NCBI GenBank assembly: GCA_000960865.2
Contig: JZWU02000002.1
Location: 1 to 32,000 of the forward strand
Direction: 5' to 3'
From: Vulcanisaeta sp. AZ3
Lineage (GTDB): Archaea; Thermoproteota; Thermoprotei; Thermoproteales; Thermocladiaceae
Length of the DNA stretch: 32,000 nucleotides
Part shown: positions 25,081 to 32,000 of the stretch, piece by piece
Layout of the letters: each line of letters opens with the position of its first letter
How positions within the stretch are numbered: the first letter of the stretch is position 1
The notes under the pieces: model-generated
What the model saw: the letters and a program-made list of their open reading frames with translations, nothing else
What the model was told of the DNA's origin: nothing
The model's database searches: none
Translations under genes and position numbers: made by a program

Positions 25081-25536
25081 ATGACCTCAACACTTTGTAA
25101 AGTGCCTGTGAGGTATGAGTATGGTGAGCACACGGCGGATATTTCCGTGATAGCCTATGGATGTACTCTAGAGGAGGCATTTGTGAATGCAGCTTTGGGT
25201 GTTGCGAACTTGACGTATTATACAGATAGGGTTGAGCCTAGGGAGTATGTGGAGGTTAGGGTTAGTGGTGATGATTTAGAGCAACTTCTTTTTAATTGGA
25301 TAGATGAGTATATATTTTTGTTTGACGGTAGGAAATTTGCCTATGGGGATTATTTTAAGGATATTGCGTTAGAAGGGAGTGGGCCTTATAGTATTAGGGC
25401 TTTGGTTGGTGGTGAGCATTTCGATATTAATAAGCATGGTTATAGGGGCTTGATTGTTAAGGCTATGACTTACAATATGATGGAGATAAGGAAAATTAAT
25501 GATTATTGGAGGCTCGTATTTGTGGTGGATATATAA
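25081..25536 (+). CDS. archease
   Basis: [30 protein letters not shown]..., [22 protein letters not shown], and [12 protein letters not shown]...WRLVFVVDI match the family signature end to end. Confidence 0.9.
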   Translation: MTSTLCKVPVRYEYGEHTADISVIAYGCTLEEAFVNAALGVANLTYYTDRVEPREYVEVRVSGDDLEQLLFNWIDEYIFLFDGRKFAYGDYFKDIALEGSGPYSIRALVGGEHFDINKHGYRGLIVKAMTYNMMEIRKINDYWRLVFVVDI

Positions 25537-25545
25537 TAAGGTTAA

Positions 25546-25560
25546 TTTTAAATTTTTATA
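25546..25560 (+). promoter_or_regulatory. A/T-rich TATA region for the small-membrane-protein operon
   Basis: TTTTAAATTTTTATA lies 21-35 nt upstream of ATG 25581, just after the archease stop codon. Confidence 0.35.
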
Positions 25561-25580
25561 CGGTGATTATTACTTCAAAT

Positions 25581-25808
25581 ATGAAGCGAGAGGTTAGTAT
25601 TGCTTTGATTATTATTGGTGTTGCTCTTCTTCTATTTGCATCTGTACTTGCATATTATGAGTTAATCCAGGGAGTGACTATACCACAGCCGCCAAGTCTT
25701 GAGAGTGTTTTGTATGTGCTTGCTGTGGTTACGTATAAGGTTGCGTTTATATCCGTAATAGCTTGGTCTGGTGCGTTATTGATTACTAGGGGGTTGCAGA
25801 ACTTATGA
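25581..25808 (+). CDS. small membrane protein (75 aa, 2 TM)
   Basis: MKREVSIALIIIGVALLLFASVLAYY... plus a second helix VAFISVIAWSGALLI. I prefer ATG 25581 over the track start at 25506, which lies inside archease. Confidence 0.5.
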   Translation: MKREVSIALIIIGVALLLFASVLAYYELIQGVTIPQPPSLESVLYVLAVVTYKVAFISVIAWSGALLITRGLQNL

Positions 25809-26146
25809 GGGTTGTCATATTCCTGGCCTTATTGGCGTTGATTATAACTATCGTTGTCTTGGTGATGTCTGTATCTATGATTAATAGTTTCGGGAGTTAT
25901 GTTAGGGCTGGTGTTTACTCGATGGGTAATAGGTATTATTTATCGCTTAATGTGACTAATCCATTACCACTGCCAATAATATTGGCAATAGTCCAGGGGA
26001 ATGAGTCTATGCAGGTAGTGATACAGCCGTATGGGCATGGTAATGTGGATTTTCCGCTGGTGAGTTTAGAAATTCCTTTAAGGGTGATGATTGAGGTGCC
26101 TGGTGTCTTTAATGCCACGTATGTGGTGACTCTCAATGAGGGTTAG
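25805..26146 (+). CDS. membrane-anchored protein (113 aa, N-terminal TM plus beta-rich ectodomain with NxT/S sequons)
   Basis: ATGA overlap with the upstream ORF. N-terminal anchor VVIFLALLALIITIVVLVMSV; sequons NVT, NES and NAT. Confidence 0.5.
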   Translation: MRVVIFLALLALIITIVVLVMSVSMINSFGSYVRAGVYSMGNRYYLSLNVTNPLPLPIILAIVQGNESMQVVIQPYGHGNVDFPLVSLEIPLRVMIEVPGVFNATYVVTLNEG

Positions 26147-26537
26147 GGATAGGTTAATTAATGGTGCATTTAATGCGGTTACTGACCTTCTATTCCTAAT
26201 ACTAATGCTCATACTATATGCCTTACTAAGCTCATTCCTAATGCACACAACACCAAACATACTAGCGCTAATTCAAGAGTACATTGTGTTAATATTGGCT
26301 TTTGCGATCATAGCCTTCCTTAGGGGTGCTTTGGCGGGGCACGTGTTGGTTTACCCAGTGTTACTTGGGGAGTTTATGTTGGTGACTGCGATTTTTGTCT
26401 CTGTGCCAAGCACAATGATTGTTCATGGGGTTTTGGTGAATGTACAGCCAATAATTTATTTTGTATGGGCTATTGAGGCTGCGTGGATTGTGTACTCAGT
26501 AATCAATCAACTTAATGAAATGATTAAAGATCCCTAA
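26136..26537 (+). CDS. small membrane protein (133 aa, about 4 TM)
   Basis: Overlaps the upstream ORF by 11 nt and has four hydrophobic segments. Confidence 0.5.
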   Translation: MRVRDRLINGAFNAVTDLLFLILMLILYALLSSFLMHTTPNILALIQEYIVLILAFAIIAFLRGALAGHVLVYPVLLGEFMLVTAIFVSVPSTMIVHGVLVNVQPIIYFVWAIEAAWIVYSVINQLNEMIKDP

Positions 26538-26538
26538 C

Positions 26539-27764
26539 TCAACGTAGTGCCTCCTCAATCCTTAACGCCAAATCCTTAATCAACTTACTCATTAGGAATT
26601 GTGAAGCCCTTTCCCTGGCATTTCTACTCATTGCGTCTCTCTCCTCTGGGTGGTCGAGGAGTCTCTCCACAGCTTTGGCGGCGCCCTCAATATCGTCAAG
26701 TCCATTGACGTGTATTCCATCAATGCCATCCCTAATAACCCATTTCTGTCCGTAAATGGCTGATGTTATTACTGGAACGCCGCCGTACATGAACTCTAGT
26801 TGTGTTAGGCCTAGGGCTTCCATTTTACTCATTATTATGTTGACGTAGGATTCCTTAATCAATTTCTTCTTATCCTCAACACTTAACTCGTTTGTTAATG
26901 TGACGTTGCTTAACCCACGGGATTCCCTAACAACCTCATTCCATTGATCGCCTGGCTTGCCTGCAATTACGAAGTGAACATCGCGTCTATGCCTAAGTAT
27001 TTTAGCAACTTGAACAACAGCTAGTGGGTTTTTCTTTCTTCCACTGTACCTAGGTATGCAATGATTTTGTCATCATCTGGTATTCTATACTTAATTCTAA
27101 AGTCGCTCGAGTCAATTGCTCCCAGGTCGGAAACCTCATCATCGTCGATGCCTCCTGGAAATACGTATATCTGCTCAGGCCTAGCGCCCATCCTAACCAT
27201 CTCCTCACCCTCAATGGGTGTAACGCATAGGATTAAGTTGGCGGCCTTGAATATCTCGGGGAATGCCATGTGGTTCCAAGCAAGTCTATACGTCCTCTCC
27301 ACAACATCATACCTAGTTGGGTCTGGTGGCTGGTAATGACTCATATGTGCATAGAATATACTGCCGGACTCTAGACTAAAGGTTGTTAGCATTCTCCTCC
27401 ACATTACGTACTTAGCAGTGTCCTCGGGGCCGTTCCATAGTGTTGAGTGTGTTATTAAGGCATTGACGTTAAAGTTCTCGTTAATCCTCCTAAGTATGTC
27501 CACGAAATTCTTAAACATTATTCTCCTGGGAGGCCATTTGGCCATGTAACTATCAACCCTAATGGTGGGTAGGTTTATGGTTCTATCCTTTTCTTGAAAT
27601 ATGTAGCCCTCGAGTGATGTCTCTACAAGTCTTCTCTTAATGGCTTCATTACCATCATGATAAATGCTCGTTATTAAGTAAGCCTCATACCCAAGCCTAA
27701 GAAACCACTTAACCATCCTCTGGGCCACTAGTTCCTGCCCCTTGGAGTTACTTGTTTGATACAT
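26539..27764 (-). pseudogene. GT1/GT4-family glycosyltransferase interrupted by a single-base frameshift
   Basis: The N-terminal ORF (27021..27839, likely ATG 27764) ends ...IIAYLGTVEERKTH*. The C-terminal frame is open from about 27060 and reads ...KKNPLAVVQVAKILRHRRDVHFVIAGKPGDQ...EALGLTQLEFMYGGVPVITS...DGIDGIHV. Adding one A to the A5 run (T5 at 27029-27033 on +) gives the continuous sequence ...GTVEERKNPLAVV..., which is the normal GT4 junction. Confidence 0.7.
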
Positions 27765-27783
27765 TATTACTCCAACAATCGGC

Positions 27784-28497
27784 TTAACCACCACTCCCAC
27801 CTTCCTTACCCTTTTGTTGCCGACCCCACTCCTGCTCAAGGAATCTCCTTAGGGGTTCTCTGAGGGGTACTGCGAGGACGAGGCCAATGGCTACGCCAAG
27901 CCCTATGGCGACTGCCCAGGCGAGTCCTTGGGCGAATATGTAGAGTATTTCTACGTTAACCTTCATTACGCTTAGGGCTATGGTTATCACCATGTAGTAA
28001 AGAATGAATCTAAAGGCATCGCCAACAAAGTTCAGTAGTGTTTGGGTGTATTGATCATTAGTTGGGTAACTGCGTTTGAAGTAGTCGCTTATCCAATCAA
28101 CCATTATTAAACCAATAATTAAAATTATAATACCAGACACGAGGTATGGTAGGTATGAGAGAACACTTCTTGATGTGTCGTAGAGAAATGATAGATTTGG
28201 ACTTATGTATGATAGTTCGAGGAGTGCGTAGAAAATGGCAGCTATGTAAATAATCCACTTAACAAAGAGGCCTAGGAAGTCACCTGCTGTATAACCGCTC
28301 CTCAGGAGTGCGCGGCCTACGGAGGTTTTCCTAAAGAAGGCATCTAGGCCTGTGGTGTAGGAGATCTTCTTTATGAGTATTTCCACTAGTCTGCCGATTA
28401 CATAACCGACAATGATTATTATGACCGCGGTTAATACAGTGTAGAATGTGCCTTGCGGGATGAAGCCTAATATTCCTGTTGTTTGATTTGTGCTCAT
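27784..28497 (-). CDS. integral membrane protein with repeated TM-helix modules (MscS-N-terminal-like 'conserved TM helix' type)
   Basis: Four or five TM segments alternate with amphipathic loops, and the tail is basic and Gly-rich. The family call is weak. Confidence 0.45.
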   Translation of the reverse strand: MSTNQTTGILGFIPQGTFYTVLTAVIIIIVGYVIGRLVEILIKKISYTTGLDAFFRKTSVGRALLRSGYTAGDFLGLFVKWIIYIAAIFYALLELSYISPNLSFLYDTSRSVLSYLPYLVSGIIILIIGLIMVDWISDYFKRSYPTNDQYTQTLLNFVGDAFRFILYYMVITIALSVMKVNVEILYIFAQGLAWAVAIGLGVAIGLVLAVPLREPLRRFLEQEWGRQQKGKEGGSGG

Positions 28498-28582
28498 TTA
28501 TTAATTAATTATTCATTGTCCTTTTAAGGCTTCCATACGTATTAACAATATTACCGCTATTGAGGCTAATTTTAAGGGAAAA

Positions 28583-30010
28583 TCAAGCTTTCTCGCCAGC
28601 CATATATCCCGAGGCTTTCTTAATGGCCTTAATAATGTTGATGTAACCTGTGCATCTACAAATATTCTTTACACTAAGCCTTATGGTTTCATCATTAGCT
28701 GTGGGGTCAATATTCGTTAGGTAGTCGTAGGTGGTCATCATGAAACCATGCGTACAATAACCGCATTGCATAGCATACTCCTCGAGAAAAGCCCTCTGAA
28801 TGGGATGAAGCTCACTGCCCTTGCCTAAACCCTTCACCGTTGTTATGTAATGCCCTGATGCCCTAGCCACAGGTATCATACATGACTTAACAGCCCTGCC
28901 ATCCAGTAATACTGTGCATGCACCGCACTTACCCTCATCACAACCCCTCCTAACCTCCCTAAAACCATGCCTCCTAAGGAAGTCGAGGAGTAGGAGCCTA
29001 GGTTCGATGATGTCTTCAATCCACTGACCATTTACATTAATCCTAACCCTAACTAAGCCGCCAACGTACTCTAGCTTCTCCTCGGGGTTTCTCCACTCAA
29101 TTAAATTATCCCTAATGGGTAGCTTGGACCGTGTTATTCCCCTAGAGATGCTCATTAGTGCGTTTGTGAGTAGGTTTTTGGCAACCCTAACTTTATAATC
29201 GCTGGGTGCGTGGGTGTCCTCGAGGGGTGTTGCCTCTATTGATGTGAATATAGAATTAACAATCTCATTAACCTTATTCCCAACCTCCTTAACGCTCATG
29301 CCCGTGAGGTTATCCTTAATAAGCACGGGCTCTGGGTAAACAGCACCTATTGATATCCTGGAACTCCCTATAACGCCATCTTTCTCCTGGTAAGTAACCG
29401 CTACAATAACCGTCGGAAATGACGCCCCACCCCTCCTAAAGAATTGATAAACACCCTCATAACCACTGATCGGTATTCTAACCTCAGTTATTAATTCATT
29501 GGGGCCAAGGTCCACGGTGTACGGCCCCTTGTATAGATCAGATACCTTAACAATTCTCTCGGTACCAATACCCCTAATTACGACCTCCGCATCAAGGGCT
29601 ATTAAGGCTGGGTAATAGTTAGCAGCTGGGTCTGCATGGGCTAGACTGCCGCCTATTGTTCCTAGATTCCTAACTTGTATATCGGCTATGTGCCAGGCGG
29701 ATTCACTAAGTATGCTTGCATTCTCATTGATTAGCCTATTCATGGCAATATCATTATGCGTTACCAAGGCGCCAATCTTTAGATAATCGTCATCAACCTT
29801 AACATACCTTAATTCATTAATGCCAAGTATATCGATTAAATACTTAACCTCCGACATCCTGAGCTTAAGCATAGGCATTAAGCTCATACCGCCGGCCAAA
29901 ACCTTAGCCTCACCATACTCACTCAATAGCTTCAGGGCTTCATCAATGGTGGAAGCCCTAACGTAATTAAAGCCCCTTGGTATGCCTAGTGCATACGCCA
30001 TGCCCATCAC
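28583..30010 (-). CDS. molybdenum hydroxylase medium (FAD-binding, CoxM/CutB-like) subunit fused to the small [2Fe-2S] (CoxS/CutC-like) subunit
   Basis: The N-terminal half is the FAD-binding part: FNYVRASTIDEALKLL...AKVLAGGMSLMPMLKLR, NLGTIGGSLAHADPAA. The C-terminal ~160 aa carry the two 2Fe-2S clusters: RGCDEGKCGACTVLLDG..VKSC and CGYCTHGF...NICRCTGY. The start (GTG 30010 or ATG 30007) overlaps the large-subunit TGA. Confidence 0.85.
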   Translation of the reverse strand: MMGMAYALGIPRGFNYVRASTIDEALKLLSEYGEAKVLAGGMSLMPMLKLRMSEVKYLIDILGINELRYVKVDDDYLKIGALVTHNDIAMNRLINENASILSESAWHIADIQVRNLGTIGGSLAHADPAANYYPALIALDAEVVIRGIGTERIVKVSDLYKGPYTVDLGPNELITEVRIPISGYEGVYQFFRRGGASFPTVIVAVTYQEKDGVIGSSRISIGAVYPEPVLIKDNLTGMSVKEVGNKVNEIVNSIFTSIEATPLEDTHAPSDYKVRVAKNLLTNALMSISRGITRSKLPIRDNLIEWRNPEEKLEYVGGLVRVRINVNGQWIEDIIEPRLLLLDFLRRHGFREVRRGCDEGKCGACTVLLDGRAVKSCMIPVARASGHYITTVKGLGKGSELHPIQRAFLEEYAMQCGYCTHGFMMTTYDYLTNIDPTANDETIRLSVKNICRCTGYINIIKAIKKASGYMAGEKA

Positions 30011-32000
30011 CCCTCAATGGCCCTCATGATTTTGTATGGTCGAAGTGGTAAATCTGTGATCGCCTTATTAATTATTGATGCCAAGGCATTAACAATGGCA
30101 GCTGGAACTCCCATCATAGCCCCCTCACCAATACCATGAGCCCCTGAAGGTAAGATTTTACTTGGCGTTTCAAAGTGAATAAACTCTACATCTATACCCA
30201 CAGCCTCGGCTAGAGTTGGCGTTTCATAAATATCGAGACTTGTCGTCATTGGGTTTCCTTGATCGTCATACATCAACTCCTCGTATAATGTGAGCGCAAG
30301 ACCATGCATTAAACCGCCCATTAATTGCCCATCGGCAAACTCCTTCTTAAGTATCCTGCCCGAGTCATGTGCAATTACGTACTTCCTAACCTTAATGTCG
30401 TACGTGTTAGGGTCAAGTTCAATAACAGCCAGTTGTGCTTGGATTGCATATGTGGCTGATGAGTTTATTTTATCACCCTCTGCAGCTTTAACTGTGGGTG
30501 GTTGATAAAAGACCGTGACATTAAGCGATGCATCAACACCCTCCGGAAATGATCCAGGATCCCAACTAACCGAGGATGCCAATCTCCTAATATCAACCTT
30601 CTTACTTGGATTATTCATATCGTAGAATTGCCCATTCTCAAAACCCACCTTCTCAGTACCGAGCACAGCCATGGCCAACCTAGTCAACTTCTCCCTCAAT
30701 TGCCTAGCCGCGAGTACTGCTGCACTAACAACTATTGGTGAGAAACGACTTGAGTAACTACCATCGGATAAAGCCCACACCTTTGTAGTGTCTATCCTAT
30801 TCTCAACAACCACCATTGATGGGTCAACCCCAAGCTCAGACGCCACAACCTCAGCAAGTGTGGTCTCATGGCCGAGGCCCTCATTGGTACCATTAACGAA
30901 AACCTTAATGAAACCGCTCATGTCAATACCTATCGTTACGTAGGAACCAGAACCAGAATGCGGGTACTTACGCTTACTCGGTTCTATGGCTAGGTCTGTG
31001 TAGCCTAAGTTTGTGCCGCTGGGTTCGGCGATTACCGAAATCCCTACACCAATGTATGGATTTTTATTATGTTCCTCAAGCCAGCGCCTATATTCAGGTT
31101 CGATAGCTCTAACAACCCTCTCATAATCCTGCTTTGGATAAAGCCCGCCGGTTATTGTTTCGTAGAAGTACTCATCACCAATCTTCTTCGGGAACTCTCT
31201 AATCAAATTCTTAATCCTTAATTCAAGCGGATCAATGCCTAATTCACGGGCTAACTCATTCACGGCAACTTCAAGCATGTAATAGAATGGCGGCCCTCCA
31301 TAAGCTCTATTAAGGCCTGTGGGTAATTTATTCGTCACAACGACATAATCCTCAACCTCAATGGCTCTAACATCATATGCACCATTCATATTACCATGAA
31401 CCCTAAATAAGACACCGGGATCCGGCGGTCTTGGGTATGCACCAACATCCTCATAGAAGGTATACCTAAGGCCTTTGATTATGCCGTCCTTTGTTGCTGC
31501 AACCTCAACAATGCCCTTCCTAGCTCCACCTGAGTTACTCCCAACTAGGTGTTCAGTCCTGGATTCAATCCACTTCACAGGACTTCCACTGAGTATTGAT
31601 GCGGCAGCTGCCAACGTGATGTAGGGATAAAGTGAGTATTTCGAGCCAAAACTGCCGCCAACATCCCTTGGCGAGAATAACTTAACGCTGCCTAGGGGGA
31701 TCCCTAATGCCCTACTAACGAAGTAAACTATCAACATAGGTCCTTGTGCATTAACCCATACGTTCAATTCACCACCAACATAATGAGTAAGCACACCGTA
31801 TGTCTCGAGAGGCATTGCATTATGCTTCTGGTAATTAAATTCCCTCTTAATGACTATTGGTGATTCAGAGAAGACCTTATCCACATTACCAAATTTCATA
31901 TGCCTATGCATAGCCACATTAGACCCAAGCTCCTCATGAACAAGAGAATCACCCCTCAATGCATCATCAAAAGTGAGCACAGGCTTGAGGGGCTCAAAAT
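30007..32000 (-). CDS. molybdopterin-binding large subunit of an aldehyde oxidase/xanthine dehydrogenase-family enzyme (CoxL/CutA-like), 5' end outside the window
   Basis: Long ORF open to position 32000 (...FEPLKPVLTFDDALRG...). Family motifs are MPLETYGV, GGSFGSK, GLNRAYGGPP and HGIGEGAMMG. It lacks the form I CO-dehydrogenase loop VAYRCSFR. Confidence 0.85.
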   Translation of the reverse strand, partial: FEPLKPVLTFDDALRGDSLVHEELGSNVAMHRHMKFGNVDKVFSESPIVIKREFNYQKHNAMPLETYGVLTHYVGGELNVWVNAQGPMLIVYFVSRALGIPLGSVKLFSPRDVGGSFGSKYSLYPYITLAAAASILSGSPVKWIESRTEHLVGSNSGGARKGIVEVAATKDGIIKGLRYTFYEDVGAYPRPPDPGVLFRVHGNMNGAYDVRAIEVEDYVVVTNKLPTGLNRAYGGPPFYYMLEVAVNELARELGIDPLELRIKNLIREFPKKIGDEYFYETITGGLYPKQDYERVVRAIEPEYRRWLEEHNKNPYIGVGISVIAEPSGTNLGYTDLAIEPSKRKYPHSGSGSYVTIGIDMSGFIKVFVNGTNEGLGHETTLAEVVASELGVDPSMVVVENRIDTTKVWALSDGSYSSRFSPIVVSAAVLAARQLREKLTRLAMAVLGTEKVGFENGQFYDMNNPSKKVDIRRLASSVSWDPGSFPEGVDASLNVTVFYQPPTVKAAEGDKINSSATYAIQAQLAVIELDPNTYDIKVRKYVIAHDSGRILKKEFADGQLMGGLMHGLALTLYEELMYDDQGNPMTTSLDIYETPTLAEAVGIDVEFIHFETPSKILPSGAHGIGEGAMMGVPAAIVNALASIINKAITDLPLRPYKIMRAIEG

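Noticed and set aside
25070-25140. C/D-box sRNA suggested by ATGATGA at 25071-25077
   Set aside because: No CTGA D box or C'/D' pair lies at the appropriate spacing downstream, and the motif sits in the archease promoter/5' region.
30007-32000. Annotating the operon as aerobic CO dehydrogenase (coxLMS)
   Set aside because: The large subunit shows NRAYGGPP in place of the form I active-site loop VAYRCSFR. Only the generic molybdenum hydroxylase family can be supported.

Overview
Tightly packed chromosomal segment of a hyperthermophilic crenarchaeon (Thermoproteota). This is supported by a class III signal-peptide pilin, an intron-containing tRNA, TATA boxes about 25-31 nt upstream of start codons (leaderless-style), and the presence of GatD, Kae1, archease and L31e. 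It looks Thermoproteales-like, but I cannot name a genus from sequence alone. I call about 40 protein genes, mostly housekeeping or metabolic. Left to right they are: a stand-alone Cas4-like nuclease; a membrane-anchored tandem AAA+ ATPase with an upstream polytopic membrane protein; L31e; a 3-hydroxyisobutyrate-dehydrogenase-like oxidoreductase; a THUMP protein; nicotinate phosphoribosyltransferase; a small wHTH protein; an MBL/beta-CASP-like hydrolase; a DUF62 SAM hydroxide adenosyltransferase; Ogt; a MoaD/ThiS-like ubiquitin-fold protein ending in GG, followed directly by a possible Cgi121; tRNA-Arg(CCG) with a 16-nt intron; a MenA-like UbiA prenyltransferase; a CPBP protease; a pilin-like protein; Kae1; an isochorismatase-family hydrolase; a class III aminotransferase; two orphan proteins, one with a C2H2 zinc finger; an SDR; a DASS/SLC13 permease with TrkA-C domains; an SBP-like protein plus an MFS transporter; SfsA; GatD; archease; three small membrane proteins; a frameshifted GT1/GT4 glycosyltransferase; a membrane protein; and a molybdenum hydroxylase operon with a fused FAD/[2Fe-2S] subunit. 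I saw no rRNA, CRISPR array, transposase or integrase. The most unusual signal is compositional. The + strand is strongly A/C-rich from position 1 to about 12.9 kb and strongly G/T-rich from about 12.9 kb to about 28.5 kb, regardless of gene orientation. The flip is nucleotide-sharp at about 12,897, inside the pilin gene. This asymmetry reshapes protein composition and leaves the ORF track full of stop-free antisense ORFs, which I reject. All family assignments come from motif recognition by eye; no searches were run.
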